Virus record (IMG/VR): IMGVR_UViG_3300021963_000021
Coordinates: 248,001-312,000 of that record
Strand: one strand, 5' to 3'
DNA: 64,000 nt
The translations under genes and the position numbers were made by a program. The notes under the pieces are model-generated. The model saw nothing but the letters and a program-made list of their open reading frames with translations. It was not told the DNA's origin and made no database searches. Shown piece after piece: positions 39,018 through 47,961 of the stretch (position 1 is its first letter; each line of letters begins with the position of its first letter).

Positions 39018-39698
39018 TTACCTGATTTCTGGAAACAGACAATCCTGTATAAACACACTTACATCGTCTTCGCTGAGCCCTAGACTAACCATTACACGCG
39101 GTGTGTGCGGGTTTTGCTTTTGATTTTGAGCGTAGAAGTTTTGCTCAAATGTAGTGTCTGCTACTTTGTTGTTAGTTTCGCCTACAGTTTCTAGATAATG
39201 ATTTATCAGTATATGTGCTAGGCTACTGATCTGTGCTAGTTCGTGTTCGTCACTGACATTGCCAGCAGCTATCATACTGGTACTGAATATGCGCTGCGCC
39301 CAGTCTGGAAGCTCTCTTTTTTTGATCCATTCATATCTGCTGACTTCTTCAGCAAAATATTCTATCATAGGATGTGTACGATCTGCGGTAGGGCTGTAGT
39401 CAATAAAACAGCCCGTGATCTTATTTTTTCCTGCGATCACATCGAACCCAAAAATAGGTGCCGGGTTATGGGTATGCGGGAATATACAACAGTGCATCAT
39501 CCAGAGGCCCTTTGTGGATCGGGCGTCAACTACATCGACGTGAGCTCTTCGATAATTTTCACTAGTCCAAACACGGTTAACCCATCCCGGCTGATTGAAT
39601 CGCGACATCCCGGGCTCGTGTACTTCAACACCCGTTTTGCCAAATTGATCTTCCAACAGGTGTTGGATATCAATTAGAGTTGACCAAACTTGACTCAT
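39018..39698 (-). CDS. pcyX: Ferredoxin-dependent bilin reductase, PcyX type
   Basis: Counted residues D55, M67, H69, C71, D86 plus C-terminal NPH match phage PcyX as recalled; adjacent heme oxygenase. Confidence 0.85.
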   Translation of the reverse strand: MSQVWSTLIDIQHLLEDQFGKTGVEVHEPGMSRFNQPGWVNRVWTSENYRRAHVDVVDARSTKGLWMMHCCIFPHTHNPAPIFGFDVIAGKNKITGCFIDYSPTADRTHPMIEYFAEEVSRYEWIKKRELPDWAQRIFSTSMIAAGNVSDEHELAQISSLAHILINHYLETVGETNNKVADTTFEQNFYAQNQKQNPHTPRVMVSLGLSEDDVSVFIQDCLFPEIR

Positions 39699-40227
39699 TC
39701 AATTCCTTCATGATAGCAATAGCATGATCAAATGCTACATTGGCTTCTTCACCTAGACTGTCGTCGATCTTAGTTCTAATCTTAGCGACTAGTTCGTCTT
39801 TGTTACGGAATTGATAAAACTTACCGGAACCAGGAACCCGTTTGGCAATCATCTGCCCGCCATATAGGTCGCCCATGTGACGAACATAAAGGTGTGCCAT
39901 TAATAAATGACAACGGTCTGGATCTGTACCGAGTTCGTTGAGATATTTGATGTAGGCAGTTGTGGCAGGAACTAGAGTTAATTGGTTTTGTGGAATTTCT
40001 AGTTCTTCGAGATCTTCGTAGATCGCCATTACTCTAGGAAGGCCGGATAGTTCTGTGAACAATCCGTTTGTTGCTGCCTGATATTCTAAGGCACTATAGA
40101 CTTCCAACATCTGTAACAGATATTGAGCATAGTGTTCTTTACTGATACTGCCGCTCAATAAAAGTTTAGCAAATGCTGTTCGCTCCGCATCGTGATGTTT
40201 CTCTGCGGTTAATTCTTTAAGACTCAT
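39670..40227 (-). CDS. hemO: Heme oxygenase
   Basis: LKELTAEKHHDAE (proximal His), AHLYVRHMGDLYGGQMI. Confidence 0.95.
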   Translation of the reverse strand: MSLKELTAEKHHDAERTAFAKLLLSGSISKEHYAQYLLQMLEVYSALEYQAATNGLFTELSGLPRVMAIYEDLEELEIPQNQLTLVPATTAYIKYLNELGTDPDRCHLLMAHLYVRHMGDLYGGQMIAKRVPGSGKFYQFRNKDELVAKIRTKIDDSLGEEANVAFDHAIAIMKELNESSLVNSN

Positions 40228-40247
40228 AAGGACTCCCTTCCTAATTG

Positions 40248-40511
40248 TTAGCGATATTTATTAGGATACTTCAGGAGCCAAAATAAAAGATCTCTTTCTT
40301 CTTGGAAGCGAATGATCGGACGTTCGCCATTGGCAGTCCATGTCCAGCGAGTACCTTCCGGACCAAACATAGACTCCATAGTAGATACTAGATTTTTATT
40401 TTTCTTTTTACGTGTTTCACCTTCAATAAGACCTTCTACAGTGATCCAGTGTGTAAACCGGCGACCTGTATAAGAATTATATTTTAGCGTGTTAATCTCT
40501 TGTAGATTCAT
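40248..40511 (-). CDS. Hypothetical protein, distant member of the small paralogue family
   Basis: C-terminal IRFQEERDLLFWLLKY. Confidence 0.6.
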   Translation of the reverse strand: MNLQEINTLKYNSYTGRRFTHWITVEGLIEGETRKKKNKNLVSTMESMFGPEGTRWTWTANGERPIIRFQEERDLLFWLLKYPNKYR

Positions 40512-40810
40512 TCTTCCTCAACACGGATCTGTAACGGAAATCCGTTTTCCTGTGCTAGTTTAGTTGCTTCAACACCTTTGTGTTCTGCGATTTCAAAAGT
40601 GTATACTCCGGCAACAGCAGAACCTTCATTGTGAATTTCCATAGTCAATTGTTGTGCTGTAGATTCACTGTGTTTAAAAATACCCATTAGTAGTTCGATA
40701 ACAAATTCCATAGGTGTGTGGTCATCATTTAAAAAGATTACCTTCCACATTTTTGGCGGTTGAAGTTCAATCTTAATTTTGTTATCAATTTGGATATCTG
40801 TAGTTGCCAT
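40508..40810 (-). CDS. clpS: ATP-dependent Clp protease adaptor ClpS
   Basis: WKVIFLNDDHTPMEFV...IHNEGSAVAGVYTFEIAE. Confidence 0.96.
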   Translation of the reverse strand: MATTDIQIDNKIKIELQPPKMWKVIFLNDDHTPMEFVIELLMGIFKHSESTAQQLTMEIHNEGSAVAGVYTFEIAEHKGVEATKLAQENGFPLQIRVEEE

Positions 40811-40825
40811 TTTATGCTCCCTAGT

Positions 40826-40845
40826 TGGGGGAGTTGCCTCCCCCA
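40826..40845 (-). other. GC-rich hairpin with GCAA tetraloop between hsp20 and clpS
   Basis: TGGGGGAG-GCAA-CTCCCCCA; no U-tract on the coding strand. Confidence 0.6.
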
Positions 40846-40855
40846 GTTTACACTA

Positions 40856-41296
40856 TTACTTAACCTCAACCACTTCAATAATACGTGGTTTCAGCTCTTC
40901 TGGGACGATTCTTTCCAGTTTAACTGTTAAGATCCCGTCTTTGATTTCTGCGCCTTGTACTTTGATGTGCTCAGCAAGCGGAAATACTCTGTTAAAATTA
41001 CGTGAAGCTAGCCCACGATGTAGATACTGGATTTCAGCATTTTCATCGATCTCAGCTTTTTCGCCTTTAATGGTAAGCTCGTTATCTTCCAAAGAAACGG
41101 TTACTTCATTCTTGGCAAAGCCGGCCACAGCTACTTCGATCAAGTAAGTGTTCTCACCTGTACGAATTATGTTGTGTGGAGGATAGTTGTTAGATACTTG
41201 ATTTGCGAAACGACGCTCGAGTTGATCGAACATAGTATCAAAACCAATTAGTGCTCTATTTAGAGCGTTTGGGTCGAAACGATTAATTGCATTCAT
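40856..41296 (-). CDS. Small heat shock protein (Hsp20/IbpA family)
   Basis: NYPPHNI, IEVAVAGF, YLHRGLASRNF, A...DGILTV; start reassigned to ATG 41296 with AAGGAG. Confidence 0.95.
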   Translation of the reverse strand: MNAINRFDPNALNRALIGFDTMFDQLERRFANQVSNNYPPHNIIRTGENTYLIEVAVAGFAKNEVTVSLEDNELTIKGEKAEIDENAEIQYLHRGLASRNFNRVFPLAEHIKVQGAEIKDGILTVKLERIVPEELKPRIIEVVEVK

Positions 41297-41352
41297 GTTT
41301 ATCTCCTTATGATTAAGCAAGAGTTTCATGAAGGCCCCACCTGGGCACCTTC
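41297..41352 (-). promoter_or_regulatory. ROSE-like RNA thermometer of hsp20
   Basis: UCUUGCUU pairs with AAGGAGA leaving a bulged G; upstream hairpin GAAGG-UGCCCAGGUGGG-G-CCUUC. Confidence 0.7.
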
Positions 41353-41363
41353 ATTATAATAAT

Positions 41364-41392
41364 ATTATACAATCTCTGTGTGTGTTTGTCAA
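41364..41392 (-). promoter_or_regulatory. sigma70 promoter of hsp20
   Basis: TTGACA-17 nt-TATAAT exact. Confidence 0.88.
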
Positions 41393-43263
41393 TCTGTTTG
41401 TTTGAAGTCAGCATCCACTACAGTTTCACCTTCTGTTTTGGATTCTTCTTTTTTGGCTTTCAAATCAAACAATGGCTTGGTGGCAGCAAACAAGTCACTG
41501 ATCTTTTCAGATATTTTGTCCTTGTCGGTTCCTTTGAGTTCTTCTTCAAGAGCCTTAACAGCATCTTCAAGTTTGCTTTTTTCTTCTTCAGATAACTCGG
41601 AACTAAACTGCTCAATATCTTTCTTGATAGAATGGATCTGTGCTTCTGCTTGATTTTTAGTTTCAATCAGATCACGTGCCTTCTTATCTTCCTCGGCATT
41701 GATTTCTGCGTCACGGATCATATTTTGGATCTCTTCGTCAGACAATCCGCTGTTGGCTTTGATCGTGATCTTGTTTTCTTTGCCTGTGTTTTTGTCCTTG
41801 GCACTTACTTTTAAAATACCATTAGCATCAATATCTAGTGTAACTTCGATCTGTGGAGTACCACGAGGTGCCGGAGCAATACCTTCTAGATTAAATTCGC
41901 CTAAGAGTTTGTTGTGTTGTACAAGCTCACGCTCGCCTTGGAACACTTTGATTGTAACAGCAGGCTGATTGTCGTCAGCTGTTGAGAATGTCTGTGACTT
42001 CTTAGTTGGGATCGTTGTGTTCTTGTCAATCAACTTGGCCATTACACCGCCCATTGTTTCAATACCTAGGCTCAATGGAGTAACGTCAAGTAACAGAACG
42101 TCTTTGCGATCGCCTGCTAGAACAGCACCTTGGATGGCAGCGCCGACAGCAACTGCTTCGTCTGGGTTAACGTCTTTACGTGGTGCTTTGCCGAACAGTT
42201 TCTCAACTGCTTCCTGTACCTTAGGCATACGTGTCTGTCCACCAACAAGAATAATCTCATCAATGTCAGCTGGAACAACACCAGCATCTTTCATAGCAGT
42301 ACGGCAAGGAGTCAACGAACGCTCAATGAGATCTTCGACTAGGCTTTCTAACTTGCTGCGTGTAAGTTTAACAATCAAATGCTTAGGACCACTAGCGTCA
42401 GCAGTGATGTATGGCAAGTTAACTTCTGTTTGATTGTTGCTAGACAATTCAATCTTTGCTTTTTCAGCTGAATCTTTCAAACGCTGTAATGCCAGTGTGT
42501 CATTCTTAAGATCGACACCTTGTTCTTTCTTGAACTCGTCGACCAAATAATCCATGATACGTTGGTCAAAGTCTTCGCCGCCCAGGAATGTATCACCGTT
42601 GGTGCTCAGTACTTCGATCTGTTTGTCGCCATCTACGTTAGCAATGTCGATGATACTAACGTCAAATGTACCACCACCAAGATCGTATACAGCAACCTTA
42701 CGATCCTTGCTGTCACGCTTGTCTACTCCATATGCTAGAGCAGCCGCAGTTGGCTCATTGATAATACGTAGTACTTCTAGGCCAGCAATCTTACCAGCAT
42801 CCTTGGTTGCCTGTCTTTGGCTGTCGTTAAAGTAAGCAGGTACTGTGATAACAGCCTGTGTTACTTCGTGGCCCAGATAGTCTTCAGCTGTGGACTTCAT
42901 CTTGCGAAGAACTTCTGCTGAAATTTGTGGGGGTGCTAAATTATTGCCCTGTGCTTCAATCCAAGCATCACCGTTCTTTGCTTCAGTGATTTTGAATGGC
43001 ATTAGGTCTATGTCTTTTTGTACAGCCTGTTCTTTGAACTTACGTCCGATTAAACGCTTGGCTGCGTAGATAGTGTTCTTGGCATTAGTCACTGCTTGAC
43101 GTTTTGCTGGAGCACCTACTAGGATTTCATCGTTAGCGTAGGCAACGATACTAGGCGTAGTTCTTGCGCCTTCTGAGTTTTCTAATACTTTGGGGATTCC
43201 GTTTTCAATAACGGCTACACATGAATTTGTGGTACCCAAGTCGATACCGATGATTTTACTCAT
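41389..43263 (-). CDS. dnaK: Chaperone DnaK (Hsp70)
   Basis: [42 protein letters not shown]; full length. Confidence 0.98.
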   Translation of the reverse strand: MSKIIGIDLGTTNSCVAVIENGIPKVLENSEGARTTPSIVAYANDEILVGAPAKRQAVTNAKNTIYAAKRLIGRKFKEQAVQKDIDLMPFKITEAKNGDAWIEAQGNNLAPPQISAEVLRKMKSTAEDYLGHEVTQAVITVPAYFNDSQRQATKDAGKIAGLEVLRIINEPTAAALAYGVDKRDSKDRKVAVYDLGGGTFDVSIIDIANVDGDKQIEVLSTNGDTFLGGEDFDQRIMDYLVDEFKKEQGVDLKNDTLALQRLKDSAEKAKIELSSNNQTEVNLPYITADASGPKHLIVKLTRSKLESLVEDLIERSLTPCRTAMKDAGVVPADIDEIILVGGQTRMPKVQEAVEKLFGKAPRKDVNPDEAVAVGAAIQGAVLAGDRKDVLLLDVTPLSLGIETMGGVMAKLIDKNTTIPTKKSQTFSTADDNQPAVTIKVFQGERELVQHNKLLGEFNLEGIAPAPRGTPQIEVTLDIDANGILKVSAKDKNTGKENKITIKANSGLSDEEIQNMIRDAEINAEEDKKARDLIETKNQAEAQIHSIKKDIEQFSSELSEEEKSKLEDAVKALEEELKGTDKDKISEKISDLFAATKPLFDLKAKKEESKTEGETVVDADFKQTD

Positions 43264-43332
43264 AATTTTTCTCCTTAATTAAGCGAGTAGGTTGGGCAAC
43301 TGCCCTGTAAACAGCCCACCTGGGCACTGTCT
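43264..43332 (-). promoter_or_regulatory. ROSE-like RNA thermometer of dnaK
   Basis: CUCGCUU-AAUU-AAGGAG with bulged G; upstream hairpins include the same GUGCCCAGGUGGG as the hsp20 leader. Confidence 0.65.
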
Positions 43333-43339
43333 ACGAATT

Positions 43340-43347
43340 TATTTATA
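43340..43347 (-). promoter_or_regulatory. T4 late promoter TATAAATA upstream of dnaK
   Basis: Exact TATAAATA. Confidence 0.7.
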
Positions 43348-43632
43348 TCAGATAATCTCTAAATTCTCAATTTTTGACCATTTTTGTAACTTAGCGATTT
43401 TATTATCAGCAGCTATGCTGATCTGCTCACTGCCTACTATGTTAAATTTAATACATAGATCAATCATGGCCTGTAGATCGCCTAGCTCTTCAGCTAAATG
43501 CGCCCTGTTTGTTTTGGGCTTACCTGGCTTGACGTTGTCTAGCCCAAAACGGTGACACTTGCTAATAGCCTGTATCACTTCCGCACATTCTTCGGAAAGA
43601 ATGTTCATTACTTCGCGTTCTTGTTCGTTCAT
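43348..43632 (-). CDS. MazG-like nucleotide pyrophosphohydrolase
   Basis: EECAEVIQA...LAEELGDL. Confidence 0.85.
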   Translation of the reverse strand: MNEQEREVMNILSEECAEVIQAISKCHRFGLDNVKPGKPKTNRAHLAEELGDLQAMIDLCIKFNIVGSEQISIAADNKIAKLQKWSKIENLEII

Positions 43633-44210
43633 TTGAATTCCTTAAAGGGCTGGATCATTTCGCCGTTGAACATAGTCGACGAACGTAATCTTTTGAGAAC
43701 ATTTTGTACACCCACTGCTTGGCTATAAGCATCTTGTAGAGCATGATGTTTTAGTACGTCAGGGCGATGATTTTCAATCCCCAGGTCAAAAATAGTTCGT
43801 GTGTCTCTGACCTGCCAAAAATTCCAAGGAACAGCTTTGCTGACTTTCCTAAAGATATTTTCACAGATAGGAACATCAAAGCCTGCGCCATGACTCCATA
43901 CACGTTTGGCACCCCAACAGAATTTGTAGAGTTGATTCATCGCTTCGTGTACTGGCAAGCGACCTTCTGAACCAAATGCTTCGTCCTGGGCTTCTTGTGC
44001 CTGCTGTGACCACCAGCGAAGTGTATCATCGCTGACTTCTAGTCCAATGGCGTCGCAACTGTCTAAGTCAACTTTGACATAGAAGCTTTCTGCCGATGGC
44101 TCTTTCATTTCATCACCAAATGGGTCAAACCTAACGGCACCTATAGTCAGTACTGCTGCGTTTGGAGTGGTGGCAAGGGTTTCTAAGTCGATCATGATGT
44201 CTGTATTCAT
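43629..44210 (-). CDS. DEDDh 3'-5' exo(ribo)nuclease (Rv2179c/DexA-like)
   Basis: MIDLETL, WSHGAGFD, RDTRT, HHALQDA. Confidence 0.9.
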   Translation of the reverse strand: MNTDIMIDLETLATTPNAAVLTIGAVRFDPFGDEMKEPSAESFYVKVDLDSCDAIGLEVSDDTLRWWSQQAQEAQDEAFGSEGRLPVHEAMNQLYKFCWGAKRVWSHGAGFDVPICENIFRKVSKAVPWNFWQVRDTRTIFDLGIENHRPDVLKHHALQDAYSQAVGVQNVLKRLRSSTMFNGEMIQPFKEFK

Positions 44211-44216
44211 AATATC

Positions 44217-44245
44217 AGTATAACAGAGTAATTAGATCGTGTCAA
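44217..44245 (-). promoter_or_regulatory. sigma70 promoter, probably giving a leaderless mRNA
   Basis: TTGACA-17 nt-TATACT with the ATG 7 nt downstream and no SD. Confidence 0.8.
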
Positions 44246-44490
44246 TAGTTTTTTGGTGGTAATTCTTGAGAACGGATATATTTTTTCCAGCGAGCCTTGG
44301 CTGCTGATTTTTTACGCTTGCGAATGCTGGTAGGTTTTTCATAGAACTCTTTGGCTCGTAGAGTTTCCATGAGTTTACTGTCTTGGATTTTCTTCTTGAG
44401 TTTACGAATGGCTTTTTCAACAGGCTCGCCTTCTCTTAGAGTGACGATCATACCTTTTACCATTCTATTGTTTTGAAAATTGTCTTTCAT
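44242..44490 (-). CDS. rpsU: 30S ribosomal protein S21
   Basis: EPVEKAIRKLKKKI...EFYEKPTSIRKRKKSAAKARW. Confidence 0.9.
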   Translation of the reverse strand: MKDNFQNNRMVKGMIVTLREGEPVEKAIRKLKKKIQDSKLMETLRAKEFYEKPTSIRKRKKSAAKARWKKYIRSQELPPKNY

Positions 44491-44866
44491 ATGTGTTTAC
44501 GGCTTCTCCTAAAAGTTTATAACAAGTATCTACATCAAATAAAGCACGGTTGTTAATAGGTTCAAGTTCACGCAATATTCCAAAATAATAACTGTTTGGC
44601 TGCGCAGCCATGTACCCCATTAATTCTGGACTAAGATTGTCAGCATCAAAAATAATAATATCACTCTTTTGCTTCTTATCAAATAACCAACCACGGTCTT
44701 CTCCTCTGTTCCAAACGTAGACTACAGTAGTTGGCACAGATTCCAATCTAGTTAGTGCGGTTGATACTCTTTCTGAATTTACTTGATCAAGTCCCACTAA
44801 CAGTATTCTAAACCCATCATCTAGGATATCATCAGGAGCAGTAACTAAGGTTAGTTTATTTGTCAT
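44465..44866 (-). CDS. Hypothetical protein
   Basis: ORF in operon. Confidence 0.7.
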   Translation of the reverse strand: MTNKLTLVTAPDDILDDGFRILLVGLDQVNSERVSTALTRLESVPTTVVYVWNRGEDRGWLFDKKQKSDIIIFDADNLSPELMGYMAAQPNSYYFGILRELEPINNRALFDVDTCYKLLGEAVNTYERQFSKQ

Positions 44867-44938
44867 TCTTTTCTTTTGATTCTTTTATCTTTGCCCATAG
44901 TGTCGAAGCATTCTGTTCAGAATTTTGTTCATAGCCCT

Positions 44939-46372
44939 TTAATCTTCTTTGAACTGTTTCGTCACTTGATCCTTGCCTATCTTCTCTATGTAGGTTGATG
45001 TCTTTTTTTTTAGGTCTGAAAGTTTTGTAGATATTCCTGTGCTTTCGTTTTCTACAACTTCAGTGAGATCAGGTTTGTATCGATCGTCTGCCTTTAACTG
45101 TGCTTCTAGGTCTGGAAAAATTTGATATCCTTTTGCGATATCTTCTGGTGTTGATGCCTCAGCTGGCCAATATTTTTCATCAGTCCATGGTAGTGTGTCT
45201 ATGGTTCCGTTTTCAAATAGTTTGCGTTGAAATTTTAGACTGCCTTCTGGATGATCGATTTTCCACGATCTCATAGCTATCTTTTCTTCGCTGGTAGCCG
45301 AGTCTAAAACTTCGTCATCGTCTTTGGCTACTTCTTCGCTGGCTGCTTTTTCTGCTTCAGCAATCATTTTGTTCCATTGTTCCAGTGGTAATTCCTCTAC
45401 TACTGTTTCTGGCTTTTCCTCTACTACTGTTTCTGGCTTTTCCTCTTTGAGTAGGGCATCTAGCTCTTCTTGTGTGACTGCGGCAGAAGGAGTGACTTTC
45501 ACTTCTGGTTCTGGCTCGGGAATATATTCTTGCGGTTGTGGCACGAAGTCGTTGATACTCACCTGCTTAACAGGGATATCTTCTTCCTCTTCTTGTTTGC
45601 GGAACCACTGGAAGCTGTATTGACTGGCTAACAATAATACCACAGCCAGCGGATCAAAGATAACCACAATTAATATGATAACAGCTCGTACTGCTTTTTC
45701 TAATAGGTCTTCTCCGGGATTGTCTCCGTACAACAGAGCTGCGATATATTTGATTGGGCCAACCTCTGCTTCTACTTTACGTAGTTCTTTGGCAATTGGT
45801 GCTCTTTCTTCATTGAGCTTGGCAATTATTTCTTGTGCTCTAGATATATCTTTTTGTAGAGCTTCACGTTCTTTGGCCTGGGTTCGTCTTATCTGTACAG
45901 CACGTTCTGTGCCTTTGGTGTCGTTGCTACGACTGATAGTTTCGTTGACCTGAGCATCCATTTGAGCTAATGCTTTTTTAGATGCGTCAATGTTGTCTCG
46001 TTGTGTCTTAATCTTTTCATCAATCAGTGCGACTTTGTCTGCGACATCGCCTGTGGGCACAGATTGATCTAAATGTGCTTTACTTAGGTATCCAAAAATA
46101 CCCATCGATGTGATCATCATTAAAATGAGCACAGCAATCATTAGGTATGCTCGTATGAGCTTAGGTGCTATGGACCAATTCTGTTTTAACCAAACAGTGG
46201 CCACTAGTTTGCTGACTTCAAGTGTTACACCCATTATCATGATAGGTATAGCAGCGGCAGCAAAGATTGAAACCAAACCAGCTACAGAATAATAAACGGC
46301 CACTGCCGAAATTGACAGGCCGCTTATAAGTGCTAGATAGGCTATGAATTTATCGCTAATAGTTATTCTCAT
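44939..46372 (-). CDS. Membrane-anchored coiled-coil protein with acidic tail (DUF4407-like); candidate -1 frameshift extension to 44856
   Basis: 3 N-terminal TMs, coiled coil, fourth TM, acidic tail; TAAATA at 46379-46384. Confidence 0.75.
   Translation of the reverse strand: MRITISDKFIAYLALISGLSISAVAVYYSVAGLVSIFAAAAIPIMIMGVTLEVSKLVATVWLKQNWSIAPKLIRAYLMIAVLILMMITSMGIFGYLSKAHLDQSVPTGDVADKVALIDEKIKTQRDNIDASKKALAQMDAQVNETISRSNDTKGTERAVQIRRTQAKEREALQKDISRAQEIIAKLNEERAPIAKELRKVEAEVGPIKYIAALLYGDNPGEDLLEKAVRAVIILIVVIFDPLAVVLLLASQYSFQWFRKQEEEEDIPVKQVSINDFVPQPQEYIPEPEPEVKVTPSAAVTQEELDALLKEEKPETVVEEKPETVVEELPLEQWNKMIAEAEKAASEEVAKDDDEVLDSATSEEKIAMRSWKIDHPEGSLKFQRKLFENGTIDTLPWTDEKYWPAEASTPEDIAKGYQIFPDLEAQLKADDRYKPDLTEVVENESTGISTKLSDLKKKTSTYIEKIGKDQVTKQFKED
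45392..45446 (-). repeat. 24-bp in-frame tandem duplication (KPETVVEE x2)
   Basis: ttcctctactactgtttctggctt present twice plus a partial third copy. Confidence 0.9.
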
Positions 46373-46381
46373 GGCAAGTAT

Positions 46382-46828
46382 TTAGTAAGTTTTAACCCAC
46401 TCCCATTGGTTTTGATAGTTGTCATGACAGGCCAACCCTGTGAACGTTTCTTCTATGTTAAACGCAAACACCTTCGACATCAGCACTCGACAGGTCTTGT
46501 CGCTAGACACTACCCTGGTTTCTAACGGTACTGAGTATCCAGACGCATCGCCCTTGACCCATTCTACACGTTGTCCATTTTGAGCCTGTCCTAGAGCAAC
46601 GATCTGGGAATCGAAGTACAACTTAGTCTGTTCCTCGGTTAGAGTTTTAAACCAGCCAAGACTTAACCTTTTAACAGATTGATATCTGCGCTTCTCTTGG
46701 TACTCAGTGGCATCAAATGCCACAGCAACATTAACGATACATGTCGCCAGTAAACAGCCTAATATTGCCTTTGTTATCAATTTCACAAGCGACTCCTTTG
46801 AATCGTACTTCACCAATTTGATGGCCAA
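46382..46828 (-). CDS. Surface-antigen-like (RT0821/Lpp0805-type) protein
   Basis: ALGQAQNGQRVEW...CR...GLAC...W. Confidence 0.55.
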   Translation of the reverse strand: MAIKLVKYDSKESLVKLITKAILGCLLATCIVNVAVAFDATEYQEKRRYQSVKRLSLGWFKTLTEEQTKLYFDSQIVALGQAQNGQRVEWVKGDASGYSVPLETRVVSSDKTCRVLMSKVFAFNIEETFTGLACHDNYQNQWEWVKTY

Positions 46829-47057
46829 GATATTCTCGGCAACGGGTTTTGTCTATTCCTGGTTGTGTTTTAGCTACTTGAACTACTGGACTGTCGTCAC
46901 ACTCTACTACAGTTTTACTGGAGACGTTAGTCCCGTCTACTACAGACACTGTTTTTTGAGTGTAGCAATACTGTGCGGTAGGCCTATAAGAAGTAGGTGC
47001 TGTCGAACAACCAGACACTGCTATAAGGAGAAATACTAGACATATAACAGTCCACAT
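46731..47057 (-). CDS. Putative lipoprotein
   Basis: Lipobox VSGC; GGAG RBS before ATG 47057. Confidence 0.7.
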   Translation of the reverse strand: MWTVICLVFLLIAVSGCSTAPTSYRPTAQYCYTQKTVSVVDGTNVSSKTVVECDDSPVVQVAKTQPGIDKTRCREYLGHQIGEVRFKGVACEIDNKGNIRLFTGDMYR

Positions 47058-47083
47058 GATCTCCTTTACACGGTAGGAGTTCA

Positions 47084-47560
47084 TTATTGCCCCTTAGACT
47101 TGGCTTCTTGTATCAGTTGCTCAAAAGTATCTTTAGGCATCTCGAGTCGAACAAACGTGTAGTGACGTCCGCCCATTGTGAAATGACCTTTTTCGGTTTT
47201 GACATGTTTACGGATAGACGTGTTATCTACTTTGTAAGAAATTACTGTACGAGTAGATTTCTTGTCGTCTTTGATGTCGATGGTAGTTTCGCTGTTCACT
47301 GTGCCGTTGATGCGTTTGGCAAAGTTATTCATAGCGATAGCGTCCATCTGTTCTTCTGCGGCCTGCGAAAAAGCTGACTCACCTGCGCCACAGGCATAAA
47401 CATAATCTTTGGACCACCAGAACCAACCTTTAACGCCTTCTTGTGCGCAGTCTGAATACCAACTGGGCTGAGCGTAGGTTTTACGTTCTTGAACTTCTTT
47501 CATGCCAGCGCAGCCAACCAAGGTTGCAACCAGCGGAGCGATTAATAGTGCCTTTTTCAT
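47084..47560 (-). CDS. LPP20-like lipoprotein
   Basis: MKKALLIAPLVATLVGC lipobox; QPSWY. Confidence 0.75.
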   Translation of the reverse strand: MKKALLIAPLVATLVGCAGMKEVQERKTYAQPSWYSDCAQEGVKGWFWWSKDYVYACGAGESAFSQAAEEQMDAIAMNNFAKRINGTVNSETTIDIKDDKKSTRTVISYKVDNTSIRKHVKTEKGHFTMGGRHYTFVRLEMPKDTFEQLIQEAKSKGQ

Positions 47561-47597
47561 GTGTGCCTTTCTGTGTGTGTGAATTACAACAATATAA

Positions 47598-47626
47598 AGT
47601 ATAACACCTTGGCTAACCAAAGTCAA
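47598..47626 (-). promoter_or_regulatory. sigma70 promoter
   Basis: TTGACT-17 nt-TATACT. Confidence 0.8.
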
Positions 47627-47643
47627 CCAAGGTGTTTACCAAA

Positions 47644-47961
47644 TTATTTAAAAAATATCAATGCCACTAATGCTGCCTGTAAAATGAAACCAAACCCAAT
47701 GGTTACCAAATTAAGCATGTCTTTGAGCACTGCGGCTCTAACAAACAATAGTGTAAGTCCTGTCCAAACTAGCAGTACCATATCTAATGGAGGCATACGA
47801 TCTGTAAAGCCTCCCATTACAGCAACTAGACTAGGAACAGTTGCCGCATGTAATAAAAGTATTGCTAGCCACCCTAGCGTTTCGCTAGACACATGACTGA
47901 TCTTTTCTGAAACAAAGTTTTTAAGATTGCTCAAATCAAAATTAAAATTAAATTCTTTCAT
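47644..47961 (-). CDS. Multi-pass membrane protein
   Basis: 3 hydrophobic helices. Confidence 0.7.
   Translation of the reverse strand: MKEFNFNFDLSNLKNFVSEKISHVSSETLGWLAILLLHAATVPSLVAVMGGFTDRMPPLDMVLLVWTGLTLLFVRAAVLKDMLNLVTIGFGFILQAALVALIFFK

Noticed and set aside
41330-43330. CIRCE/HrcA or sigma32 control of the heat-shock genes
   Set aside because: No TTAGCACTC-N9-GAGTGCTAA and no clear sigma32 consensus; the shared motif is different
45392-45446. 24-bp tandem repeat as a functional array
   Set aside because: Simple in-frame duplication in a low-complexity acidic linker
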